A stretch of 64,000 nucleotides of DNA from positions 35,898,001 to 35,962,000 of the forward strand of contig CM074517.1 in NCBI GenBank assembly GCA_037379345.1, given 5' to 3'. Positions 48,517 to 61,427 of this stretch are shown in pieces (the first letter of the stretch is position 1; each line of letters begins with the position of its first letter). The DNA comes from Perna viridis. Its lineage: Eukaryota. Position numbers and translations under genes: made by a program. The notes below the pieces were generated by a model. It had not been told where the DNA came from, did no database searches, and saw only the letters and a list, made by a program, of their open reading frames with translations.

Positions 48517-51500
48517 TTAAGTCATTTTTTTTCGTTTATTATTGAAGCCTTTCAGTTCATGTTTGTTTACGAACTGAACACCATGTTTAAATCTTCCAAC
48601 TTGTCCATCAACAAATCCACCAACATCATTTCTGTCTTTTTGTCTGTAAAAAATGCAGAGATATAAATTGATCTTATAAAAGACCTGTTCATTTAAAAAA
48701 AAAAAACATATCGAATATAAGCATTTGTATTATATAGCTTGGTCTCTATATACAGATTATTTTTACATAGAATACACCACAGTAATAGTACATCATACTG
48801 TTACCCTGAATTTGATCATCTAGTTGCCATGGCCTTCCAAAGATCACTTAAAGGTGTGTTTACACTTATTGAAGACCTATAGGTGATCTTCAAAAGTATT
48901 TATTTTGTATTTGGGTTATACACTGGCACAGTTGTAATGTTTCACCACATCTGCTGTTTTTTTCTACTATATACAAATGGATACGCTCATGTAGATTTAA
49001 CTTATAATAAATTTAGTTTGTTCAAAATCTGATACTAATGAACACTTTCCGAAATTATTTTTATAATTCTTTTTTTCATATATTGCCTAAAGAATTTAAA
49101 TTTGAGACACTGATTGAGGAACTACATTTGGACTTAATGTTCAGTAATATACTAATGATACAGAAATATGACTTGCCAGCAAAAAAAAATTGTTTTTAAT
49201 TAAATTTTTCACACAACCAAAAAATACACACCAGTACGAAATGTGTGGCTAGTTTACATGATAACTGATACCAGAAACAGTCACAAATCATACCAGTTTT
49301 GTATGACCTACATTGTATAATCATAGTGAAGTCCATAATTAGCTATATTTAAACCTACAAGGCAATCATGACCAGCACAATTTACCTTCTCTTTCCTCTA
49401 TTTGGAGCAACTTTATATCCCAAGCCTCTGTCCTGAAAATTAAATATCAAATAATGTTTTCAAAGATGACAACTTTGCTGGTACTAATCTAAGGAGGTAT
49501 AATTTCAACCCTTAAACAGCTAATATACTGTAAACATATTAATTCATGTGGCTGCCAATTTTCACAGATTCTGTCAAGTTAGCAAATTTCACAATGTCAA
49601 AAAATGATAAGTGTTATGTAGTGCAAAAATCAATTTTGCAAGTAATGTTTTTTTACAAAAATAGTGAAAATAAGTACATTGCAAATATTACTATGTTTAC
49701 AGTAAATTTACAGTAAATGTTCACTCAGAAATTATCATGATGTTTTTATTATGGCAAAAAGGCAACTGACTACAATTACATTATTGATCCTGGGTATTAT
49801 CAAACAACAAATATCAAAAACACAATATTGGCTAAGACCACCAACAACATCACAATATACAATAATGTGTCCTTTCTGAATTCAAAGTACATGATATGTA
49901 TTACAAGTGTTCGTATTTTCAATTATTAAAGTTGCTGTAACATAAATTAGCACACAAGCTTAAATTCTCTTTATTGTCACTACTGGTATTTGTCAGATTG
50001 AAATAAGTTGGGTTTTTTTTATTATAGATTAGAACATACTATTTCTTTCTGCTTTTTCTGCTGTTCAATCTCTGATTTCCTCTTCTCTGCATATTCTTTG
50101 TAATTATAGTATTTATTCTTTGGTGGCTACAATTATATTTAACATGTCTGAGGTTCAAAAGCTAAATTCTATTATCATGAAAGTATGCTTCAAATCCAGA
50201 TTTCATCTCTAAAACAAGAGGCTCCCAGGAGCCAGAATCGCTCACCTGGTTAAATTTTGTCTTTCAATGGCAATAATTAAACAAGAGTTGTCCAACAATT
50301 TTGACAAAAGAAAACTTTGATAGTACTTATAAGGATCATTAAAAATGTCAGCAAATGAAAGTTTCTATCTATCAAAGTTTTCAAGACATTGGCTGAAAAC
50401 TGTAAAAAAAAAAAAAAAAAAACCTGTCAAGGGCAATAACTCTTTTAAGGAGTCATCTGATAACTTTTATGCTTGAAGACTTTTGTAGTTATATCAGCTA
50501 TTGAAAGAATTTGGCTAAACCTAACGGTTTTGGAGATATCTATGAAAAACTACTGTCTGACCCCTATGTTCGATTTTAGTAACAGTAGCCATGTTTTTCG
50601 ACGAATCAAAAATCCCAACATCAGTTCTATGCAGGATACACCATGAAACATTTAATACTAAGTTTGATTCCAATCGCTTAAATAGTTTCAGTGGAGAAGA
50701 ATTTTGTATAATTGTAAATGACAACAGATGAACATGATGGACAACGACGGACGCCAAGTGATGGCAATTGCTCACATGGCTTTTGCCCAGGTGAGCTAAA
50801 AAGACTCCATTTACTTCCTGTTTTTTTATTCAAATTCATCCATTTAAAAGTAAGGTAAAAAAAAAGTCATACATGTACCAACAAGTAATACCATTCCAGG
50901 ATTTTGCATAATTTCCTATACATTTCCCACACAGATAATATCCTGACAACTTTAAATGAACAATAACTTAATGTTACCTAAGCACCAATACGTTTCAGCA
51001 AGGCAACTTATTTACTTCATGTACAAAGAATGTACTAACTTTATGTTACCTTAGCAACAAGCTGTACCAGCATGAAAACCATGAACTAAGAAAGTATTTA
51101 CTGTATGTTACCTTAGCACCAAGCTGTACCAGCATAGCAACCATGGCTTCCTCTTTTTTGCTTTGATCTAAACCTTTAATTCCAAACTTCCTCACTTCAT
51201 ATCGAGCTTTCTTTAAATCAATAGTTTCTTCTTCTAGAACCTTGACAGTTGTCATGACTTCATTCTGAAAACAAAGAGAGCTTATAAAAATTGTGACTTA
51301 CTAAACATTTACTAGTAAAGGATATGACATTGCATTAACATTACAAAATTTAATCCTGACAAGCAACTTGTGAACATTTTAATCATGTTTAGATATATAT
51401 ATATATATGGGTATCGGATCGTCCAGTCATGACGATGCAGCACAAACAAAAATAATTATATGTCTAGAGGATTGTACAACGATAAAGATGTTAACACACT

Positions 51501-54500
51501 ATAATAAAATATATAATGGGCAAAACTTTCAGTCAACAAATGACCTTCTTCAGTGCCTTAAATAAACTGAGTGTGTATGAAAGTAAATGGTCTGTGAACA
51601 CAACTCACTACCTAATCAGGTGAATACCTGTGACGTATAAAATTTTACCGACAGTAACAAAGATCTTGAACATTGTGCTATGGACACACGTTGTGTGTTG
51701 ATCTTGAATACTGAACTATAAAACTAAAAATATTTACAAACACTGTTATAAGAAACTATATAAAATAGGAAGAACTTAATGTTTTTGTTAATTCCGTGTG
51801 GGTGTAAAACACGGAGTTCTTTTATCATTTTTAAAGATTTTCATTTTGTTGAAATCATCGAGGCAGTGGTTAGGTGATCTGAAGTGTTGACTCACTGGGA
51901 GTAAAGGCTTTTTTGTTAGGTCGCTCCTGTGTCCGTTCAAGCGCTTGTGAAAAGGCTGTTTAGATTCACCAACATATTGAAGGCCACAGATGGGGCAGTG
52001 GAGCAAATATATTACATTAGCACTCTTGCAGTGCACGTTGCAAAATATTTTGTTGCGTTTCCCCGTGACTGTGCTGGTGAATGATGACGAGTGGTGCATT
52101 TGGTTGTCACCACAGGAGCGACTCTCGCCTGGAGTCAAGTTGGGCTTAGATATTTCAGCCCTCACAAGTAGCTATGCAAACTGTCTGGCTGTCTGAAAGC
52201 AATCATAGGTGGTTCGGGAAAGACTTTGGATAATGTTGAATTTCACTCGACAGAGGCCCAGTGCTCACGAATGGTGTTGTGGCTGTTTTTAAGGCAGGGA
52301 TGGTATGTTAGAACACAAGGGGTTCTTTTACATTTTTTCTTTGCCTTGTATTGTAACAGACTACTTCTTGGGATATTGTGAATTTTTTGGAACCCTTCAT
52401 TGATGGTCTTGTATCTATATCTTCTTCTTCTTAAATTGTTCTTCAGTTGACCTAGTCGTTTCTTTAAGGATTCGTCATTTGTTTCTAGAAAAACAGAGGA
52501 CGCTTACCCTACCGGTGCACCTAGTCCATGCTCCCAGTTTTTAGTGGAGTCCGAGTTGCTCATTTACTTTTGTTACTTTGTATGTATGATTTTAGTTACT
52601 TTATGTTCTTTGTTGTGTATGTCTGTTTTCCATGTCTGGTCTTTGTCCCTGGATTACATTCTTTTGATTACCGCTATAACCTTGGTTCCCTTGATTACTC
52701 TTGAACAAATGCATCTTAGCCTAAGAGCTTGACTGAATGGTATACTCTTAGTCAGGTGAGATGGACGACAACTCTTAGGATATTGATGTGTGTCAGTTGG
52801 TTTGAGTATAGGTCCGTGGAGAGCTCTCTCTCTACCCCCCCCCCCCGATAAGATGCTGGAGGTATCGAGGAACGAGCTGCTAGTAGCAGATGTTTCGTGG
52901 GTGAACTTAATTGAAAGATGTTGATTGTCGGCACAAGCGATAAAATTGCTTAGTTCTTCTTCGTCATGTGTACACTTCATATCCACGTCGTCAATAAACC
53001 TATACCAGGGCAGAGGTTTTTTTTATAAAGGATTCAAGTATTTCTTTTTCAAATTTTCCCATGAAAATGTTGGCATAAGACGGAGCCATTTTGGTACCCA
53101 TAGCTGTGCCATTTATTTGTAAGTAATGGTCTCCACTAAAAGTAAAATTGTTCTTTTTTAAAACCATTGTGAGCAAAGTGACTAGGCAGTCAGTAGTTGG
53201 AACTTTGACCTCCCGAGAGTCCCATACTTCTCTGCAAGCCTCGATACCATCAGAGTGAGGAATGTTGGTAGAGATGTAACGTCCATAGTGACCAGAGTGG
53301 TGTTTAGTGGAAGGGGATTCAGAACCTGCATCTTCTGTAAGTAATCAGTCGTATCTTTTATAAATGATGGAAGTTTTTCAACATGTGGGCGTAGATGAAA
53401 GTCCACGAATTCCGAAATTTTCTCTGTATGATGGCTGTTAGCAGAGACTATTGGTCTACCTGGGTTGTTAACTTTGTGAATTTTGGGGAGTAGGTAGAAT
53501 CGACCAGGTTTAGGATTTTCAGGTTTGAGATATTCAAGAGTTTTAATGTCAATGCGGTTATTATCGTACATTTTGTTTAACTCAGTGTTTATTTCGTCCG
53601 CAAAGGATTGAGTGGGGTCTGCTGTTAATTTGATATAAAAGCGGTCGTCTTTAAGTTGACGCTCGGCCTCATTAATGTAGGCGGATTTGTCCATGATCAC
53701 TACAGCGCTGCCTTTGTCTGCAGGTTTTATTATGATATTGCCATTGGTCCTTAGACCTTGAAGTGCAACACGTTCCCCTATTGTTAAATTATCCGACTCT
53801 CTACGTTGACCCTTACATTTCTTATTAAGTCAGATTTTACATAATCAATAAATGATTCCAAAGTTAAATTTTTGCTCTTTTCAGGGACCCACTCACTTTT
53901 CTTTATAAACCGATAGTTGTTTTCATCGTCTGAATCACACTCATTTTGACCCTCACTCTCTTTTGAGCCAAAGTACTTTTTGATCCTCAAACTTCTGGCG
54001 AAGTTGTCAAGTTCCTCGATCAGGATGGTTTCATTTACAGGACCTGGAACTGGGCAGAAATTGAGACCCTTAGCTAATAATGATGTTTCATCTTCAGTTA
54101 GGTTGTGTGATGAAAGATTAATGACAGTGTTGGATGGTTGACTGTCGGGTTTGTTTCTTCGTTTAAAATGTCTGTTGCGTCTTTTGCTTTGTTTTTCACA
54201 TGGTGAGAATGTTATTGGTGACATGCCATCACGTTGGAATTTACGTTTCTGTTTGTCATGAAGGGCCTGATTTTGAGTTTTTGTGATGTCATCAAGACGC
54301 TTAATAATAAAGTCATGATCAGAGACTGTGAGTTCTTTCTTCTATGAGTCTATCAATCGATTAAAGTCTGTAGTTAGTTTCTTAAGATGTTCTTCGCAGT
54401 GTTTCTTCAGTAGATCAGTAGGCGTTTTGAACAATTGAAAAGTGTCTGATCCCATCTACGAGATAGGGTGCCGGAAGCCCTGCCTGGTGTTTGAGGCAAG

Positions 54501-57500
54501 AGCTTGATGTGAAGGCCCTTAGGAATGACATCTGGTTGGATATATTGAGTAAAATTTGATAAATGGTGACTAGTTCTCAATTGCTTTTGTTTAATTATCC
54601 TTAATTTCTTAAAATATTCGTCACAGTTCATAACGGATAGAGATGGAAAATGTTAAGTCTACTGGGATCGCGTAAAAACACAATACAGGCAGTTCAAAAA
54701 ATTATATAAAGTCTAAAGGAATCTGCCAACCATGCTTATTTAAGCATATATCTTGACTGTTCCAGTTGGTTTACAAGGTGAAATTGACTTGTAGTTCTTC
54801 CAGGACATCCATATCTGATTATCTCCCTTTTAGAATTTTAACTATCTGTCACAATGAGTGTTTGTGCTAATTGAGTTTTTTTAATAAACATGTACAATAT
54901 AAAATAAATTATTTTAAAAATGATTAACAAATACACAATTTTTTTTTATCATTTTTAACCATAGGTTCACATGACCATTATTTTTGTCAATTGTTTTTAC
55001 CCAATTTGAAGTAAATGGTCATCTTATTGTAAATCAAAATTTACAATTATGCCTTGTTTGTGAATTATTTTGAAACTTTAAAATATGACAGTAACAGTAT
55101 TTTGTCATATTTCCAAAGACCTCAGATCAACCCAAGAAAAAGTAGGCATGAGTGTGGCATTTTGAATTTACCAGGAAATTATCTGGTTGTTAGTTACATG
55201 TAGCATGTTATGCGTGGCTTTCATTTTAGTATTATATCCATGAGGAAAATCAGTTTCATCAACCTCATAATTGAACTGCCCTTAATAAACAATGACAGAC
55301 TGTTATTTTTTCACCTGTGATGATGGTATTTAGTTGAAATAGACACAAAACTCTTTGCATGTACAACTGGACATATTTATACAATGGTTTATCAAGCTTG
55401 TGGATTCAAAGCCTTTGTAGTACATCATATTAAAATTTCAATTTCACCTTTGGTATGTGTTGCAGGAGTTTTGTCTTTCATTCTTCTCAAAACTTACCCT
55501 CTTTAAACAAAATCTTGAAAATCTGTATCAAATTAAATTGAAGACTTTATTCTATTTGTTTTTGTACAAATGCTAAAATTTTCATGTTTTATGACTTTCT
55601 ACAATATCCCTTGTTAAGCTGACTCCATATATCAATGCATTGTATCTCAACCAAATTCTGGTATATATCTCCATTCTAAGCAGGGTTTTTCACTCATTTT
55701 ATAAATTCAGATTCGCTCATTCTTTAAGGTACTAAAATTCTTCAATTCATGATCCTGAAGACGGTGATTTTTTTTCTTTACATGTATTAAAAAAAGTAAC
55801 ATAGAATCAAAGAATTCATTACTCAATGAACCAACAAAATTATCTAAATTCAGGACATCACTCACTCACAATACACAGAGGAAAAAGCACAACCTTGAAA
55901 TTTTCATATGTTTAAAAACATATGGCATGTACATGTATAAAAATTTGTCTAGGACCAGTATGGAAACATGCACATTTGTGAATATATATATACACCATAA
56001 AAACATGAAAACACAAATAAAAAAATCCTTTGAAAACCACCTGAAGTATAATGGAAAATAAAGTATAACCATATCCTTTATCATTTGCATGCTTTTATGA
56101 AAATTCAATAGTCTTAAGCATATGTTTTCAATACATTTGTATATGTTTCATGTTGGTCCTAATTACAGGCATATGTAAAATATATGATACATGTAAGTGT
56201 TTTTTCAGGTGTTTTTCAAAACAAATGAAAATCATGTTTACAATATTGGTCTAGTCTTATAAACATATGCAAACATTTTTAAGTTTTTCTCTCACCTTCC
56301 TTTTTCGTTTACTTGGATTTTCAAATACAACAACTTCGGGTCCAGTTGCTGTAGATACTGTCTGCTTTTCTTTTTTCTCTTTTTCTATTTTCTGTTCATA
56401 TTCTTCTAATCCAAGTTCATTCCGCAACTCAAGAAGTGTTCGTTTTTCACCTTTCATTTTTGAAAATGAATGCTCATTTAGAATGTTTTTATCTACAGAA
56501 TTTGGTTCTGAAGTGTTCAACAGTTGTTCTTGTTTTCGTTTCTTTCTTTCTTTTTTCTTCTGTCTACTATTTGGTCTCCTTAATGATGAATTATTAGAAA
56601 CATCATCATTCTGTGTCAACTGCTTTGTTTTCTTCTGCTTTTTCTTGCTGTCATCATCTTCCAGAAGACTTTCATCTAAATTATCACAACAAGCATGCAT
56701 ACTTTTAAGACTTTCATTTCATTCTAAAAATCACAAGTTGAACAAGCACGTGTATTTCTATAACAAGTAAAATTAAATGATTTATTGAGTTCATGAAATA
56801 CATTAAATCATTAAACTTTTGTTACAATAAAAGATTATTTACTATGGTATAGCAACAAAATATTTCCCAAAGAAAGTAACAAAAAGAACTTAGATGTGTG
56901 CAATTTATTCTTATATTGATCCAGTGCTAATTTGACCAAAGGTGACATAATTTGAAGCTAAAAGAACATTAAATTTTATAAATTAAAACGTTATCACACC
57001 ATTATTTTGAAATATTAAGCCTTATACAATACCATCATAGATGTGCATAATATTTTACTTGGTATAGTATATTCACAGATTCATGCAATAACCCTATAAT
57101 ATCATTAAATGCATCTTCATTTTTAAAAAAACTCACTTAAAAATATTTCTGTTTTCAATATCCTGCAATATGTGCAATACATTTACAATCTGACTTCAGC
57201 TACATGATATAATCATAAATTAACTGTTTTTTTACCATTGTAAATACAGGAATAATACATCCATCAAACTAAACTATTCACAGTGGTGTCAATGTGTCTC
57301 CGCCAAATTAAAAGCTGAGATAAAATTACTTCATTCTAATACTTTTCATTTATTTTTTTTTTCTGTATACACCTGAAATACTATTAAACTTCAAAAATCA
57401 CTAGTAACATTTTGTCATGAAAGCAGCGGAATTAAAAACTACAAGCATATTTTGAAATGGTGACTCCACTGTGTTGGGTTGAGACACTGTGACTCCACTC

Positions 57501-57751
57501 AGTCTCCATTGTAAAGAGTGGAGAAATTAAAATTAGTGTTGATTGTAGTGTACAAAATGTACCGGGTTTTATAAAAGCAACATTATTATGTATGGTGTAT
57601 CCCAAAATACCGGCAATTTCTGAATATCAGATTGTGTTGTATGAAACAGACAAAAAAATTTACATGTACATGTGGGTGTATATACAAAATTTAACTCACT
57701 ATACTCATTTAATCTTTTTAATAGTTCGTCTGAAACGTTTTTCTTAGGCAT
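48517..57751 (-). CDS. C1orf131: C1orf131/DUF4602-family protein (40S processome assembly factor homologue), ~281 aa
   Basis: Phase-compatible exons 57751-57700, 56675-56296, 51264-51112, 50126-50040, 49432-49386 and 48643-48517. Motifs [35 protein letters not shown] and [10 protein letters not shown]. Confidence 0.88.
50211..50802 (+). mobile_element. Complete single-core pearl/HINE-like element (same family as 25001-26242), intronic
   Basis: AAAACAAGAGGCTCCC; subterminal inverted repeat GCTCACCTGG / CCAGGTGAGC; ends GCTAAAAA. Confidence 0.82.
51519..51557 (-). ncRNA. Minimal type I hammerhead ribozyme motif in the PLE 3' region
   Basis: Minus strand reads GGCA-CUGAAGA-A-GGUCA-uuugu-UGACU-GAAA-GUUU-UGCC: core boxes, stems I and II, and a vestigial stem III. 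Confidence 0.75.
52481..52701 (+). mobile_element. Naiad-like 3' end nested in the Neptune-like element
   Basis: Removing it restores the interrupted element's reading frame ...LRCICS|NDESLKKRL. Confidence 0.9.
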
Positions 57752-59341
57752 GATATTGGGAGTCAGCTTTCTGGTCACCGTTGAAATTTTCTGAAAAATT
57801 CAAGGTTTTATAAATGTATATGCAAGTAAACATTTTAACAAGTAATATAAAAACCCTACTAAAAAATTCACCTTGGAAGTCCCAAGACTTAATGAAAAAA
57901 TACTTGAATGCATGGATTGGCTAAAATTGGTATTTAAATTGAAAAATTAGCCCATGAAAGGAGGAGGATATTGACAGTACATGTACAATGTGATTTTTCA
58001 AGTGCTATTGCATGAGAATCTTATACTTGTTTCTTTTAAGTCCTCACTTTGGCAGAGTATATATTGGGGTGTCAATGTATCACTGTAGCTAATTGTTTTC
58101 TTGGCTCAGGAAAAATAGGCCTCTGGAATGTGAATTCTATTTTCTCTAAAGTCTCTACATTTTATCTTTCATTCCATTGAACTTATATTGGTGACGCATC
58201 TTTAACACCAAGTTATTGCTCTCCAGGAGGTGAGGTGAATTTATGAGCTCAAAATAAATTTTATTATTGTATCACATAGTCCCACAACAAATTCTGTGAA
58301 ACAAATTGTATTTCTTTTTCATTCAGTTTTTCTTACCATGTATTCATGACCATAGGTAAATTTGAAAATGGTGTGATGGGAATGCTTAATTCCACAGATG
58401 TTTATTCCAGAAAATTGCAAAAGGGGGCCGTGCCTTAATGAGGTCATTTTCAGAAAAAAGAAGGCCTATATAGTACTACATCTATGACAGGTGGTCATTT
58501 TTAGTTACTTGTAACAGGAGAGATTCAACCAACAAGTTAGTTTACCTCAAGGTTCATATACACTTAAGGTAGTACAATACAGTTAGGTCATTTCTGAATA
58601 TTTCGTCGTTATTGTTGAAATAAAGCTGTTTTGAGGCAGTCCGCACAGAAATTTCTAGTGTTTTGTCATAAAGAAGTGCATCTTTTTGAAATCCTTGGTG
58701 TGTGGAGGTTCAAGTCATTTATAAGTAATTTAGTAATTATTGTTATAAAATCCAGTAGCCATGGTAACATACTGAAAAAAATATTACTAAGTCTTAGTAC
58801 AAATCAGGGGTGCCTTTCCAAAACTAACAGCCAATTACCATGTTTTATCAAATATCAGGCACTTAGACACTACCACAGGATGAAAGCATGCATGGAGTAG
58901 TTGGAAAAAAGGTAAAATAATAAGACCCTTTTTGATTCATTCTCTCACAATTTTAGTTCCAAAAGTTCGTGCGAAATAAGGTATTTTGGAAATCAGCCAT
59001 CTGATGCTGAGGAGAGAACCTAATACGGCAGGGGACTGAAACGTTCCAGATACCATTCTTCATTTAAATTACACCTGTTTACCATTACATATATTACATC
59101 TGTCTATGTATAAATGCGTAACTACATTTAAACAATACATCCACCAAATTTCAAATTTTAATTTTAAGTTTTACAAAATCTGACCAGGGTAACTTGGTGT
59201 GCGAAACAGTGCGCCTTAATGTAACTGTATATTGCACCATAATGGTCTCAATATACATATAGGTGAGAGGTACAAACCTCAAATGAATAAAAAAAATATT
59301 AGTAGATGTTGTTTATTTATTATGGCATTCTGCTTATTCAT

Positions 59342-59407
59342 GAGTAATCGAGGGAACTAAGATTCTAGCAGAAATCAAAAGAATGTAATCCAGGGACAGA
59401 GACCAGA
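59342..59407 (-). mobile_element. Very short Naiad-like 3' terminus (another at about 20931-20965)
   Basis: GAGTAATCGAGGGAACTAAGATTCTAGC...CCAGGGACAGAGACCAGA. Confidence 0.7.
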
Positions 59408-60068
59408 AATTCAAATTGTCATTCTTTTTGTTGTTGCAGCTCCACTCATAATTTTTCTATTCTTATTGAGATAAGATCCCACCAAGCTCATGGACATTCA
59501 GTTTTCTGTTTCAAGGCCATCCATGCTTTAAATATTGGAAACATGTCTAGAAAAAGAACTGAAAAATATCCAGAAATTCAGAGATGGGCCTCCAGAACAT
59601 CCTGTCCCCACAGGGCCTACATGCCACACTTCATGTGTGCCATACATAAAATATCCATGTGAATGTCACTAGGGCACTAATGCTAAAATTGTGTTATGGT
59701 TGCTAATACACTCCCAAAAGAAGCATTTATGGTTGTATTATCAACTGGGTTCAGTACAATTAGACAATAAAAACCATCAATGTATGGTTTTGGGCATGTA
59801 AATATTGGAGCAAAAAAATAGCATTATGGCAGCTTCATTTTCGTACAATGTATACTAAGTAAACGAAACTGAGAACCACACCAGTCTCTAAAAATCTTTG
59901 CTACAATGTAGCTTTGATGATAAAATACAAATCTAATCCAAGATAGGGACAGCAATTGAAAGTTTACAAAAATGATGTACTGGTAATCAGCAAATCAATA
60001 CTGGACGATTTCACCCAAAGACATATCATAATTTCAAACCATGTGGACTCACTAACTAGGGAAAAAAA

Positions 60069-61226
60069 GCGACAAGAAGTGACAAGAAGGCACTAGAAGT
60101 GTCAAGAAGCGACATGAAGCATTATGAAGTCTAGAAATAGTGACAAGAAGCAGTGAAATAGCATTGTATATGTTTTTTTCAATTTAATTTAAGGTGAAAT
60201 AAAAATAAAAGTAAGGATATTCCAACAAAGTGTCAAGAAAATGAGTTCAAGATTTTTAAATTACAACTTTGAATGGAAGAATTGAAAATAAAAAAAAATA
60301 AAAATTCGTGAAATATTGATGGAAGAATTTAGGAAAAAATTATATTTTGGGGAAAAGGTTGTAAAAATAAAAGTACATTTTATATTAATATTTTTTTATG
60401 AATTGTAAGATATATGAGTAAAAAGAAGATATAGGGTCACATAAAAAAAGAAAAAAAATCAGTAACAAGATGAAAAAGCTTTTGTTAAAATGGTTCCTTC
60501 TTTGCTTGGTTTTTGATGCAACCTTGTATGATGTAGTTATATAATTAATTGATTAATGACAATCCATCAGTGTTAAATAAACAAACACGTGTATACCAGT
60601 CCAATTGGGTACAGTCGGAATTTGACACGTGGATGGATTGTTTGAGGTCACACCTCGTTAGGAGCAATAAAATTAATTTGTTAAGACAAACATAAAAATT
60701 TTAAAATATTTATGGATAATATTTATGATAATAATAATAATGATAATAATCAAATAAATGAAATAGCTTTGGTGTGAAAGATAAAAGAGAATCGAACGTG
60801 TTAATTTAGTGAAGGTATCTTAATGTTAATAAAAACAATGAAAAATAAAATGTTTGATATTATTTTCATGGAGCAAAGATAATTTTTGTTTTTGGCAAGT
60901 AGACTTTGTGTTTTAACTTAATTGTATTGAACTCCTCAGCAATAAATCAAAGTATGATACCCACACAAATGATCCACTAAGACTAGTCTCTGTATCATAT
61001 GATGAGACATATATAAGTTCAGCAAGAAACAAAAGCTGGTCATCTGCCTGGACAATATTAGTGACAGCAATGTTTTTGGGCTGTCTGATTTAATCAGTTT
61101 ATCCTCCTATACAAAAAAAAATCATTTTATTCAATCTATTATCTTTTCATAATAACATTTAAAAACTTGACACTATTTTACTGCTTCTGGTCACTACTTC
61201 TAGACTTCTTGACACTTCATGTCACC
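60069..61226. mobile_element. Foldback-like non-autonomous element with TIRs built from ~10-bp subrepeats
   Basis: About 60110-60161 is the inverse of about 61174-61225; (G/T)GACAAGAAG subunits; AT-rich non-coding interior. Confidence 0.55.
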
Positions 61227-61427
61227 AATTAGTAAGACCCCAAACTATGCCAACCCATAGTAATAGTTCATTACAAATGTCGAACTATTTGGCCCATACA
61301 TATTTCAGACCATGACCATTATGATAATGCATGATTAGGACAATTATAACTGTTTATTATAATAAAATTTACCATTTTGTAAGTTACAAACAAAAGGGTG
61401 CATGGGGTGGCTGACAATAAATATGAA

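Larger units (their letters stand above)
51409..54700 (-). mobile_element. Penelope-like retroelement with C-terminal GIY-YIG (Neptune-like), decayed, in intron 2 of the C1orf131-like gene
   Basis: [83 protein letters not shown]...RLNGHR. The 3' end abuts (AT)n at 51393-51408. Boundaries are approximate. Confidence 0.9.

Noticed and set aside
58564-59219. TTAAGG...CCTTAA-bounded segment as a TTAA-type DNA transposon
   Set aside because: The ends do not form a convincing inverted repeat beyond the hexamer.
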